This document shows, piece after piece, positions 27,194 to 37,169 of a DNA stretch of 64,000 bases. Under the pieces are notes generated by a model. The model did not search any database, was not told the origin of the DNA, and saw only the letters and a list, made by a program, of their open reading frames with translations. Both the position numbers and the translations under genes were made by a program. The stretch comes from Betaproteobacteria bacterium (GTDB lineage: Bacteria > Pseudomonadota > Gammaproteobacteria > Burkholderiales > JACQAP01), in contig JACQAP010000005.1 of assembly GCA_016194905.1 (NCBI GenBank), positions 205,114 to 269,113 of the forward strand. The letters are read 5' to 3'. The stretch's first letter is position 1, and each line of letters opens with the position of its first letter.

Positions 27194-28874
27194 GGTTGAT
27201 CTCCTCCAGAGTGGTCTCGCCGCTCCTGACCAGTGCCACCGCCTGGTCGCGCAGGAATACCGTGCCGTTCTTGCGCGCCGCGACGCGCAGCTCGCGGAAC
27301 GGTGAGCGGGCAACGATCAGTTCGCGAATCTCCTCGTTGAGGTTCAACACTTCGGCGATCGCTTTGCGTCCCTTGAACCCGGTGCCGCGGCACTCACCGC
27401 ACCCGGCGCCTTCACGGAAACCGAACTCCGCGGTGCGCTCCGGCCCTATACACGAAACCTCGAGCAGTTCCGCGGACGGCGTCGCATCGCGCGCGCAATG
27501 CGGGCAGATCAGGCGCACCAGCCGCTGGGCCATGATGCCGTTCAGCGCCGAGACGAAGCTGTAGGGTTCGACCTGCATGTGCACGAAGCGGCCGATCACG
27601 TCGAACACATTGTTGGCATGCACCGTCGTGAACACGAGGTGGCCCGTCAGCGCCGCCTGCACTGCAATCTGCGCGGTTTCAGGGTCGCGAATCTCGCCCA
27701 CGAGAATCTTGTCCGGATCGTGGCGCAGGATGGAGCGCAGCCCCCGCGCAAAGCCCAGTCCCTTCTTTTCGTTGACCGGGATCTGCAGCACGCCGTTCAA
27801 CTGGTATTCCACCGGATCCTCGATGGTCACGATCTTGTCGCGTCCGTCGTTGATCTCGTTGATCACCGCATACAGCGTGGTCGTCTTGCCGCTGCCGGTG
27901 GGTCCCGTCACCAGCAACATGCCGTAAGGCTCGCGTGCCAGGCGTCTCAACGCGGTTTTCGACTCCGCATCGAATCCGAGGACGTCGATTTGCAGCCCCG
28001 CTCCGCCTTCGGCCAGATACTGCTTGTCGAGTATGCGCAACACCGCGTCCTCGCCATGAATGCTGGGCATGATCGATACCCGGAAATCGACTTCGCGACC
28101 GTTGATCGCGGCACGAAAGCGGCCGTCCTGCGGAATGCGGCGTTCGGCAATGTCCAGTTCGGACATTACCTTGATGCGCGACAGTACCTGGTCGGCGCTT
28201 TCCTGCATGCGCGGCGCATTGATCGGCACCAGCACGCCGTCGATCCGGTACTTGACGCTCAACCCGCGTGGCGAAGTCTCGAAGTGGATGTCACTCGCCG
28301 CGCTCTTGATCGCGTCGTACAGCGTGGAATTGACGAAACGCACCACCGGGCTGGAATCTTCGCTGATGCGCCGCAGGGAAATGTCCTCCGCCTGCGAGCC
28401 CGCGCGCGGCCGGGTGTCGTCGTCCTTCGCAAGGCCTGCGACGGCCGTCAGCGATTCTTCATGCCGCGACAGGATCGCGGCCAGGTCGGCCGGATGGATC
28501 AGGCCCCATGCGAACGCGGGTTCGATGTGCTCTTCGGCCCAGGCACGCAACATGGACGACCAGGGGTCGCAAACCGCAACCAGCAAGGCACCACGCGCAT
28601 CGCGCAAGGCGAGACATTTGCGCATGCTTGCGTCCGCATAGGAAACGACGTCGAATGCCGGCGTGAGGCCGCCGAGCGTGGCCGGTGTAATCGCCCGGAA
28701 TCCGAAGGCTCGGGCCAGCGCCCCGATGGCATGCACACGCGGAAGACCGCTCTTCTCTTCGAGCAGTTCAAGCGCCGGCCGGCCGCCGGCGGCGGATTCA
28801 AGGCGCGCCTGCGCGATGAGGTCCGGAGAAACGCGGTCGGAGGAAGCGTATATGGCGGCGCGGGCGCGGTTCAT
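27174..28874 (-). CDS. gspE: Type II secretion / type IV pilus assembly ATPase (GspE/PilB/MshE family)
   Basis: Walker A VTGPTGSGKTTTLYA, Asp/His boxes, tetracysteine motif CPHC...CGEC. ATGA overlap with gspF. Confidence 0.95.
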   Translation of the reverse strand: MNRARAAIYASSDRVSPDLIAQARLESAAGGRPALELLEEKSGLPRVHAIGALARAFGFRAITPATLGGLTPAFDVVSYADASMRKCLALRDARGALLVAVCDPWSSMLRAWAEEHIEPAFAWGLIHPADLAAILSRHEESLTAVAGLAKDDDTRPRAGSQAEDISLRRISEDSSPVVRFVNSTLYDAIKSAASDIHFETSPRGLSVKYRIDGVLVPINAPRMQESADQVLSRIKVMSELDIAERRIPQDGRFRAAINGREVDFRVSIMPSIHGEDAVLRILDKQYLAEGGAGLQIDVLGFDAESKTALRRLAREPYGMLLVTGPTGSGKTTTLYAVINEINDGRDKIVTIEDPVEYQLNGVLQIPVNEKKGLGFARGLRSILRHDPDKILVGEIRDPETAQIAVQAALTGHLVFTTVHANNVFDVIGRFVHMQVEPYSFVSALNGIMAQRLVRLICPHCARDATPSAELLEVSCIGPERTAEFGFREGAGCGECRGTGFKGRKAIAEVLNLNEEIRELIVARSPFRELRVAARKNGTVFLRDQAVALVRSGETTLEEINRVTLVA

Positions 28875-30061
28875 TGAATGCTCCCGGCAAGTTCGAAGAT
28901 CGGCATGTAAAGGAACACCACGATCAAGCCGATCACCACTCCGATTGTCGCCATCAGCAGCGGTTCGAACAGGCGCGTGAACCATTCGACCCAGCGCGCA
29001 ATCTGCTCTTCATGGAATGAGGCGATGCGATCGAGCATCTCCGGCATCTCGCCGCTGTGTTCGCCTACGCGCAGCAGGCGATAGGCGATCGGCGTGGTCA
29101 GCCGATTGTCGCGCATCGCATCGGAAAATGCGATTCCTTCGCGCACCGCGCGGCCGGCATTGCGCATCGCCGGTAGCAAGGCTTCGGTCAGCAGCGCCGC
29201 GGCGATCTCGAGCGCACCTGCAAGCGGAACGCCGGAGCGCTGCAGCATGCCCAATGTCCGATAGAAGCGCGCGTACTGATAGATGCGCAGGTGCTCGCCG
29301 ATCGCCGGCAGCGCGAGGAAACGCAACATGAGCCGCCCGCGTATGCCCGGTCTCGATAGCGCACTCCCCACCCCGAAGATCAGGCCTGCAAACAGCAGGG
29401 CGATGAGCACGCCGTGATTCTCCACGGCCGCCCCCCAGTCCACCAGCATCCGGGAGAAGAACGGCAGATTGGTGCCCATGTCCTCGAAGATGCGGCGGAA
29501 CTTCGGCACCACATAGAACAACAGGAACAACGCCACCAGGCTACCGACGATGAATAGCAGCGCAGGATAGATCAGTGCACTGCCCAGCTTGGAGCGCACC
29601 TGGTCCATTTGAATGCGGTATTTCGCGTAGCGCGTCAACGATTCGGCGAGGCCGCCGGTCTTCTCATTGCTGCGTACAGTCGCCACGTACAGAGGCGGAA
29701 ACACATGAGGAAATTCTTCCAGCGCATCGGAAAACGCCGTGCCGCGATGCAGGCGTTCGAGAATCCGTGAGAGGACCTGGCTCGTCTGGGACGACTCCTC
29801 CTTTTCCGCAAGCGTTTCTATCGCCGCGACGAGATTCAGGCCGGCTTCAAGCAGCGCAACCAGTTCCTGCGTGAAGGCCAGTACGCGCAAGCTGCTTCGT
29901 CGGAATGCCGTGCGGTTGCCAAAGCCGGTGGAGCGTTTCACAGCCAGCACGGCGTAGCCCTGCTCGCGCGCGTGACGCGCGGCGTTCTGCGCATCGAAGG
30001 CCTCGATCGCGAGATCGACGACATCCGCGTGGCCACGCACCGCTTTTACCCGGAATCGCAT
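28871..30061 (-). CDS. gspF: Type II secretion system platform protein (GspF/PilC family)
   Basis: 396 aa with two repeated GspF-type domains and three TM segments (ALIYPALLFIVGSLVALFLLFYVVPKF). Confidence 0.95.
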   Translation of the reverse strand: MRFRVKAVRGHADVVDLAIEAFDAQNAARHAREQGYAVLAVKRSTGFGNRTAFRRSSLRVLAFTQELVALLEAGLNLVAAIETLAEKEESSQTSQVLSRILERLHRGTAFSDALEEFPHVFPPLYVATVRSNEKTGGLAESLTRYAKYRIQMDQVRSKLGSALIYPALLFIVGSLVALFLLFYVVPKFRRIFEDMGTNLPFFSRMLVDWGAAVENHGVLIALLFAGLIFGVGSALSRPGIRGRLMLRFLALPAIGEHLRIYQYARFYRTLGMLQRSGVPLAGALEIAAALLTEALLPAMRNAGRAVREGIAFSDAMRDNRLTTPIAYRLLRVGEHSGEMPEMLDRIASFHEEQIARWVEWFTRLFEPLLMATIGVVIGLIVVFLYMPIFELAGSIQ

Positions 30062-30063
30062 GG

Positions 30064-30501
30064 CTAGTTGGCCCAGTTCGTAATGTCACCCTGTTCGCCG
30101 GTGCCGCCGGCGACACCGTCCTTGCCGAGCGTGTACAAATCAAAGTCACCATGCTCTCCAGGACAACACTTGTAGAAATAAGGCCTGCCCCACGGATCGG
30201 ACGGGACGGCCTTGGACAAGTAAGGCCCGCTCCACTTCGGCTCGCCCGAAGGTGCGGCGATCAGCGCCATGAGCCCCTGCTCGGCTGTCGGAAAATGACC
30301 GACGTCGATGCGATATTGTGCAAGCGCCTTGTCCAGCGCGTCCATCTGCGCGCGGGCAACCTTGATCTCGGATTTGCCGATCTGGCCGAAGTACTTCGGT
30401 CCGACGTAACTGGCCAGCAGACCTATGATCACCATCACCACCAGCAGTTCCAGCAGCGTGAAACCGGGCGGCGGACGCGGCCGTCGACGCAATCCGGACA
30501 T
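30064..30501 (-). CDS. gspG: Major pseudopilin GspG
   Basis: Leader ...PPPG/FTLLELLVVMVIIGLLA, followed by KVARAQMDALDKALAQYRIDVGHFPT and SDPWGRPY, typical of GspG. Confidence 0.9.
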   Translation of the reverse strand: MSGLRRRPRPPPGFTLLELLVVMVIIGLLASYVGPKYFGQIGKSEIKVARAQMDALDKALAQYRIDVGHFPTAEQGLMALIAAPSGEPKWSGPYLSKAVPSDPWGRPYFYKCCPGEHGDFDLYTLGKDGVAGGTGEQGDITNWAN

Positions 30502-30516
30502 GCCCCCGTTGCCCGA

Positions 30517-31980
30517 TCACCGCGAACGCAGAAAATTGAGTACGTCCTGCTTCTGGTTCTCCCTCAGATTGTTGAAATTGGCGACGACCAGGTTCGCTTC
30601 GGAAGCATTGTTGGTGCGCGTGCTTCCGCTCGCATGCGCCTGGATCGCATCCAGCAAATCCGATGCCCTGCCGTCATGCAGGAAGAAGAGGCGCTGCCCC
30701 AGTCCCCACAGCGGCGCAGTACGGAAGTCGCGTGGACCGGCCTGTCCCTGCGAAACCCCGTCCGCGAGGCCCGGACCCATGTCGTGCAGCATCAGGTCCG
30801 AATAGAGATTCACAGGCTGATTGCGCAATGCCGCGACTGAAGAGTTGCCGGTGCGCATCATGGGCGTATGACAAGTCGCGCAACCGACCGTATTGAACAA
30901 CCCCTGCCCACTGGTGATCGAGGGGGCCCCTCCCGGCGTGTCGGCGGACGGCGCCGGCGGCGCCAGGAAGCGCATGAAGATCGCGAATTTCTCGATAGCG
31001 CTCAGGGTGCCGACCATATCGGCCGCTTCGCTGTTGGTGGTGTCGTTGGGCGTCCCCGTGTACTGACAGGTGTCCGATTCACTGCGCTCGGTCTGGAACA
31101 ATTCGTTGGTGATGCCCATCTCGACGTTATAGGCCTCGCCCGAAAACAGCAACAGCGACTTGTTCTGCGCCTTCCATCCGAAGCGGGCGATGGTGCCGTC
31201 GTTGCCGTTGGTGTTCGGCTGGCCCGAGATGGTGTTGCCCGCCAGCACGATATTCGGCCGGCCGCGGATGCCGAACGTTCTTCGCTGCGGCGCATTGACG
31301 GTCTGGTTCGCCAGGATGGCGCTGTCCGGAATGATTTCGATCAGTCCCGTGCCGAACAGTGGCGTGGGAATGCGGAAGATCGCATTCCTATTTGCCAGCG
31401 CAGTCGCGAAATCCGGCTGTCTCTTGCCGCAACCCGGCGCGTCCGACCGGCCGGCAATCGTGAACAAGTCGTGTACGCCGCCGTCGGGGGTTCCGTCGGG
31501 ATTCTTCACGAAGCGCACCTCGCGCACGGGTCCGTTCGCCCTGATGAAAGAGGGAAGGCTATTGGTCGCTCCCAGTTTCTTGGCGAAGGCGACCTGCGGA
31601 TTGACCGGCGGACTCGACCCGCCGATTGCCGGTTGCGAGTGGCAGCCTGCGCAACTGTCGAGGTTCATGGTGGGGCCCAGCCCCTCCTCGACCGTTTCCT
31701 GCTCTGCGAAGTCGAGCAACCCCGCCTGGAAGAATTTCACCTGGTTGGGGGTCAGATTCGCAATCGCCCCGCCGGCGGCCCCGGCGCCCGGACGTGCGCC
31801 CGGATCCTTGGCTTTGGTGACTGCAGCGGTTGTTGTGGCAGGCGCAGAAGTTGCTCCAGAAGTTGCGGGCACGGCTGCGGCAGCCGTGGGATCCACCGAT
31901 GAGGCGAACTCGATGGTGATCAGAAACAGTCCGGCGACTGCAAGAAGTGCGGACAGCAGGACAGCGGATTTCTTGTTCAT
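30517..31980 (-). CDS. DUF1111 family di-haem protein (putative thiol oxidoreductase/peroxidase-like), secreted
   Basis: Two CxxCH motifs (CAGCHSQ, CATCHTP) and a signal peptide MNKKSAVLLSALLAVAG. GGGGGG before the ATG at 31980. 16 nt upstream of gspG on the same strand. Confidence 0.75.
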   Translation of the reverse strand: MNKKSAVLLSALLAVAGLFLITIEFASSVDPTAAAAVPATSGATSAPATTTAAVTKAKDPGARPGAGAAGGAIANLTPNQVKFFQAGLLDFAEQETVEEGLGPTMNLDSCAGCHSQPAIGGSSPPVNPQVAFAKKLGATNSLPSFIRANGPVREVRFVKNPDGTPDGGVHDLFTIAGRSDAPGCGKRQPDFATALANRNAIFRIPTPLFGTGLIEIIPDSAILANQTVNAPQRRTFGIRGRPNIVLAGNTISGQPNTNGNDGTIARFGWKAQNKSLLLFSGEAYNVEMGITNELFQTERSESDTCQYTGTPNDTTNSEAADMVGTLSAIEKFAIFMRFLAPPAPSADTPGGAPSITSGQGLFNTVGCATCHTPMMRTGNSSVAALRNQPVNLYSDLMLHDMGPGLADGVSQGQAGPRDFRTAPLWGLGQRLFFLHDGRASDLLDAIQAHASGSTRTNNASEANLVVANFNNLRENQKQDVLNFLRSR

Positions 31981-32213
31981 GGCCGTTCCCCCCTCGTGTG
32001 TGGAGCGTGGTGATCCGAAGACCATTGCGAACGAATTGCGCGAATGAATTGAACTCAGACCCCGTCCGCTGTCGAATACCGATGAGGTTCCAAATTAAAA
32101 TTATTTTGATTTTGAAAAATAGCGACAGCAGCCGAAGCGACATCCGTGCCCGGGGATTTTCGGAAGACGGGCTGGCATAGATCAAGGAAAACACAGAGGT
32201 TACATGAAGGAAA

Positions 32214-32873
32214 ATGAAGCTTAGGCGCTCGCGGCTGAGCAGCGCGCAGACGCGGCGATTACTCGAACACTTCGTGGCCGGGACACCGGCTCGCACGGCT
32301 GCGGAACTCGTCCAGGTCAATCGCAACACAGCCACCCACTTCTATCACCGCCTGCGCGAGGTCATCGCGGTGCGGCTGGCGCATGCCGGTCCATCGGGCA
32401 GCAGAGGCGAAGTGGAAGTTCACGAGTCCTATCTGGGCAGCGCCCGTAAGGGCCAGAAGGGGCGCACGCCAAAGGGAAGTGCGCCCGTGTTCGGCATGCT
32501 CACCCGTGGCGGCGAGATCCACACCGTCATGGTGCCGAATACACGGCAGGACACTCTGTTGCCGATCCTGCGTACGCGGATCAATCCCGAGTCGCTGGTC
32601 TACACCAACGCATTGCACGTTTCAGATGCGTTGAATCGGCTCGGCGTGCGCCATCGCAAGGTCGCACCCCGCGATCGCTTCGCCCCCGGCCCCGCGCACA
32701 TGAACGGGATCGAGAATTTCTGGAACCAGGCCAGGCGGCACCTGCGAAAATATAACGGCATCCCCAGCCATCACCTGCATCTGTATCTGAAGGAATGCGA
32801 GTGGCGCTTCAACTATGGATCCGCGGGTCAGTTGCTGAAGACGCTGGAACACTGGTTGATTCAGGAACAGTGA
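32214..32873 (+). CDS. IS1595-family (ISXO2-like) transposase homologue, possibly inactive
   Basis: MKLRRSRLSSAQTRRLLEHFVAGTPARTAAEL and NGIENFWNQARRHLRKYNGIP are typical of the family. The expected acidic residues appear as EVHESY and YTN. Confidence 0.75.
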   Translation: MKLRRSRLSSAQTRRLLEHFVAGTPARTAAELVQVNRNTATHFYHRLREVIAVRLAHAGPSGSRGEVEVHESYLGSARKGQKGRTPKGSAPVFGMLTRGGEIHTVMVPNTRQDTLLPILRTRINPESLVYTNALHVSDALNRLGVRHRKVAPRDRFAPGPAHMNGIENFWNQARRHLRKYNGIPSHHLHLYLKECEWRFNYGSAGQLLKTLEHWLIQEQ

Positions 32874-33075
32874 AGTTCCGGCGTTATCTGTGCCAGCCCC
32901 AAATGTCCAGTCCATGGCGACATGCGAGCGGACTGTCGTCGATGTACGACGCAATTCCACGACAAATTTTCAATGCGCTGTTTCTTGGGAAATTCATTGT
33001 CGCCGATCGGCGACCCGGGCTCGCAATGAAGGTTCGCCGATGACAACGCGAGTGCAAGAACACGAATGAGACGAA

Positions 33076-34965
33076 TCAGGTCATTCTTCTTGTGGCACTA
33101 TCGGTTGCAGCCAGGTGGCGCACAACGGCATGAAGCGCTTCCGGAGTCGCCGTCGCGGGACTGAGCGCCGGTCCAACGCTCAGGGAAACAGCGGGAAACA
33201 GCGTCGCGACTTTCCACTTGTCGCGATTGCGCGAGAAAATGCTGCGCCACAGCCCCGACAACGCCATCGGGACCACCGGCACCGGCGTGCGCTCGAGGAT
33301 TCGCGTCACGCCCGGACGGAAAGGACCGGTCTGACCATCGCGAGTCAACTGCCCTTCCGGAAAAATACAAACCAGTTGTCCATCTTCCAGTGCCGCGGCA
33401 ATCTCGTCGTAGGCCCGGTCCAGCACTTCCGGCGCTTCTTTCGCGCCGGCGATCGGAATTGCCTTCATCGAACGAAAAATGAATCGGAGCACTGGAACGT
33501 TGAAGATGGCGTAATACATGACGAAGCGAATCGGCCGCCGGCATGCCGCGGTGACGACGAGCGCGTCGGCGAGGCTCTGGTGATTGCATACCAGAAGTGC
33601 CGGCCCTTCTTCGGGAATGTGTTCAACGCCGGAAGTCTTCAGCCGGTAGATCGAGTGCACCAGCATCCAGTCGATGAAGCGCAACAGAAATTCCGGCACC
33701 AGTGCGTAAATGTAGACTGCCACCGCCACGTTGAGCGATCCGGTCAGCAGCAGCAATTGCGGGATCGTCATACCGGCATTCAGGGTCACTACCGCGAGGC
33801 CGGCCGCGACCACCATGAATAGCGCGTTCAGAATATTGTTTGCGGCAATCACCCGCGAGCGATGGCTGGGCGGGCAACGCGTCTGGATCAGCGCATACAG
33901 CGGCACAATGTAGAAGCCGCCGAACATGCCGATCAGGAACAGATCCAGCGCAATCCGCCACGCATCGGGCTGCATCAGGAATTGCCATGCGCCGACGTCT
34001 GCGCGCGCAACACTGCCCGGCGTGGCGAAGAACAAGTCCACGGCGAAGACGCTCAGGCCGATCGATCCGAACGGAACCAACCCGATTTCCACCTTGTGTC
34101 CAGACAAGCGCTCGCACAGCAGCGATCCCGCTGCAACGCCGACAGAGAACAGCGCCAGCAACAACGTGACCACATGCTCGTCGCCGCCGAGCACGACCTT
34201 GCTGTAATTCGGAAACTGCGACAAAAACACCGCGCCATAGAACCAGAACCAGGAGATGCCCAGCAGCGACAGGAACACCGTACGGTTTTGCCTTGCGAAT
34301 TTCAGGTTCGACCAGGTCTCGCGCAACGGATTCCAGTCGAAGGCAAGCGACGCGGCGGCCGCCGGCGCCTTGGGAATTGCAAGGCTCGCAAGAAAACCCA
34401 GTACGCCGATGACCAGGATCAATGCGCTGACCCAGGCAGTGCCACCGTCGAGAGCGACCAGTACGCCGGCGACCAGCGTGCCGGCAAGTATCGCGACAAA
34501 GGTCCCCATCTCCACGAGGCCGTTGCCGCCGATCAGTTCCGCGGGGGTCAGCGCCTGCGGCAGGATTGCGTACTTCACCGGACCGAAAAAAGTGGAATGC
34601 AGCCCCAGCAGAAACAGCGCGGAAAATAGCAGCGGCAGACTCCGCAGCAGCAGTCCCGCGCCGGCGATCACCATGATTCCAATTTCGATCGCCTTGATGA
34701 TCCGGATGATCGCGGATTTCTCGAACTTGTCGGCAACTTGGCCGGCGCTCGCGGAGAACAGCAGGAAGGGAAGGATGAAAATGCCGGCCGCGGCGTTGGT
34801 CAGCAGATTCGGATCGAGGCTGGAATACGTCGCGGCGTGATACGCCACCAGAATGACCAGCGAATTCTTGTAGAGATTGTCGTTGAACGCGCCTAGGAGC
34901 TGGGTCAGGAAGAAAGGCCCGAAACGGCGTTCGAAAAGAAGTCGAAACTGGTTTTTGTTTTCCAT
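33076..34965 (-). CDS. MFS lysophospholipid-transporter-like domain fused to 1-acyl-glycerol-3-phosphate acyltransferase domain
   Basis: 629 aa. N-terminal 12-TM MFS (LplT-like start MENKNQFRLLFERRFGPFFLTQLLGAFNDNLYKN); C-terminal PlsC-type HxxxxD motif NHQSLADALVV. Confidence 0.85.
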   Translation of the reverse strand: MENKNQFRLLFERRFGPFFLTQLLGAFNDNLYKNSLVILVAYHAATYSSLDPNLLTNAAAGIFILPFLLFSASAGQVADKFEKSAIIRIIKAIEIGIMVIAGAGLLLRSLPLLFSALFLLGLHSTFFGPVKYAILPQALTPAELIGGNGLVEMGTFVAILAGTLVAGVLVALDGGTAWVSALILVIGVLGFLASLAIPKAPAAAASLAFDWNPLRETWSNLKFARQNRTVFLSLLGISWFWFYGAVFLSQFPNYSKVVLGGDEHVVTLLLALFSVGVAAGSLLCERLSGHKVEIGLVPFGSIGLSVFAVDLFFATPGSVARADVGAWQFLMQPDAWRIALDLFLIGMFGGFYIVPLYALIQTRCPPSHRSRVIAANNILNALFMVVAAGLAVVTLNAGMTIPQLLLLTGSLNVAVAVYIYALVPEFLLRFIDWMLVHSIYRLKTSGVEHIPEEGPALLVCNHQSLADALVVTAACRRPIRFVMYYAIFNVPVLRFIFRSMKAIPIAGAKEAPEVLDRAYDEIAAALEDGQLVCIFPEGQLTRDGQTGPFRPGVTRILERTPVPVVPMALSGLWRSIFSRNRDKWKVATLFPAVSLSVGPALSPATATPEALHAVVRHLAATDSATRRMT

Positions 34966-35076
34966 GGAGCCGATGGGACCCGACTAGCCGCACAGCTTAT
35001 GAAAAGGGTGCACACAACGCAACATCCTCGAGTCCCCGCGGCCGCGCACGGTCCGGCGCCCTGCGTGTCTCGCCGG

Positions 35077-35361
35077 CTACCGCGCCCGGCGCGGAGTCAC
35101 GCGGGTAACTCTTTTTCCCGAGGAAAGTTTTTCGAGCCAGAAACGAACGCGGTTGCGCGCGTCGATTTCCTCGATCGGTCCCATGTTCAGGTCTTCATGC
35201 TGGGCCTGTTTTACATAAGCGAGGAAACGCTCTCTGCGCTCCACTTCATGCTCGATTGCCTCGAGCATCCAGCGCCGCGTGCTTTTGCCCTTTTGTTTTG
35301 CTGCCCGGGCTATTCGCACCTTGAGTTTGGCTGGAAGCTTGAGGGTGACGGATATAAACAT
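35077..35361 (-). CDS. Ribbon-helix-helix-like small protein (orphan antitoxin-like)
   Basis: 94 aa. N-terminal beta-strand/helix pattern ISVTLKLPAKLKVRIARAAKQKGKSTRRWMLEAIEHEV. No adjacent toxin ORF seen. Confidence 0.45.
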   Translation of the reverse strand: MFISVTLKLPAKLKVRIARAAKQKGKSTRRWMLEAIEHEVERRERFLAYVKQAQHEDLNMGPIEEIDARNRVRFWLEKLSSGKRVTRVTPRRAR

Positions 35362-36282
35362 GCTGTCTCCCTTTGACCGCAGTCCGGGACAACGCTAACC
35401 GAGCACGCATGGCGCGTCAAATCTATCAAATGACAGATTTAAGATTTAACCTTTTTTTCAGCAGTTTAAGGTCCTTCATCAGATGCTAGAACCACCGCTT
35501 TCCACGTGATCATGGCTCGATAAAATCGGAGTTCTCCGATCGCCCTGACGGAGCAATTTCGACACGCGGTGGAAATCCGGATGCTGCATCGCAAAGGCGA
35601 TTTTGAGGCATCTTCCTCACCAGTTGAACGGGCTTTTGATCGACTGGGGCGTTCAGTGACGCTTTGCGCGTATCCCGGCTGTTGATCCTTCGTCAGTGCA
35701 AGCGTCAGCATTCAGGCACTGCCCTTTTTCCCTAAAAAACAGAGCACATTCGAGCAATAGTGCGATTGTCATTTTTTCAACATACGCTGCTGGCATAGCC
35801 ATTGCGACATGGAGAATGCGCCCGGGGATCGTGGAGCAAAGGGAGGTCGGGGGTCTTTTGGCATCCGACTCGCGCAAACCCTGGGCGCACCTTTTTACCA
35901 GTACACGGGAACACGCAGCAATGCATTTGCATTCGGTTTCAGATGACTCCGCGGATTCGCCTTCCCTGCTGGCGAGGAGCCTCGACAAGCCTCGGCAGGC
36001 ACGGATACGCCGCTATTTGAATAGGATCGCGACAACCTTTCTGACGCTTTTCGCCCATAAAAAAAACAAAGACACGGAGTACGACATTCCGTTGGGTGAT
36101 CAGGTCAAACTGCCAGAAGAATTTTTGGAGACCGTATCCCGGATACCCGAAAGCCAAAGTCGAAAATAAGCAGGCTTGGTCTATTACTTCGGATGCCCCG
36201 GTGGCCTTTGCCGTCCAGTCGCGTCTTCGCCCGCTGAAAGGGCACCGCTCGGAGCTCTGGTCACCCAACGTAGTTCGCATGG

Positions 36283-36798
36283 CTACTCACTTCTGATACG
36301 GGAGAAAATCAGAGCAAAGCTCTCCACCATGCGATCAATCTGTTGACGAACTATCGCAGCCACCTTGTCTTTTGGGCCGTAACCGAGCGATGCGTCTCCA
36401 ACAATATTCAAGTGATCCGACGTCGATATCTGGCACTTGACCTGATACGCGACCGGTGAATCGTCACCCTCTATCCATACCCGGCATGAAAAGCGACCCA
36501 TTGCCCTTCTGTTCTCCTCGTCAGACCAGTGAGAGGCGTCGATACCCTGAAATGGAACACCGGAGAAGTACCTGGCGAATTGAAGCCGCATGAATTGCGT
36601 CAATTCTTCTGACGAAAGCCCACTCGACTTGGCTGGCTTGGCCGAATCGGCAGTGTGAACGCTGACGGAAATCGAACCAAAAAATGAAATCGGTTTCAAG
36701 TCTTTGTAGTCTTGCAGGGAATCCTCTGCGACGCACGCGTTGTTCAGTCCGAGAAATAGTACAAAACTGAACCACAACACTTCCTTCGCTGCATTCAT
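36283..36798 (-). CDS. Hypothetical secreted protein
   Basis: Start at MNAAKEVLWFSFVLFLGLNNACVA (signal peptide) inside ORF 36283..36984. Lower-GC region, no family recognised. Confidence 0.4.
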   Translation of the reverse strand: MNAAKEVLWFSFVLFLGLNNACVAEDSLQDYKDLKPISFFGSISVSVHTADSAKPAKSSGLSSEELTQFMRLQFARYFSGVPFQGIDASHWSDEENRRAMGRFSCRVWIEGDDSPVAYQVKCQISTSDHLNIVGDASLGYGPKDKVAAIVRQQIDRMVESFALIFSRIRSE

Positions 36799-37169
36799 GC
36801 CCCTCCTGATTGACACACGAGTCCTGCGGAAGGGTGTGGGCGGTAATGAGCATTGGCTTGCTGCCTGACATCGAACATCGCCGACGCGCCCTCGCGTGCA
36901 TCCGCTCTGGATTGAGTCGTCAGGCCGTATGGTGTCTCTATGGTAAATCAGCAACAAAGGGAAACTCCAGGAAATGCGACCCAATGTGCACTATTCATCG
37001 TTGCAATACCGGCCATTCCAAAAAAACAGTCCGTCGTTTGCAAAAAAAAGAGGGGCGGAGACCTGAAACCACCGCAGTTGCGGCAATGGTCGCAATGAAT
37101 GCGCCATTGAAAATGAATCTGCGGGAACCGGATTGCTTGCGAGCGGCAGCATTCGCGTCCAACTCTGTC

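Noticed and set aside
35466-36169. Overlapping ORFs 35466..35711 (-), 35653..35988 (-) and 35696..36169 (+).
   Set aside because: They are mutually exclusive and none has a recognisable motif, signal peptide or convincing RBS. The region looks like decaying DNA.
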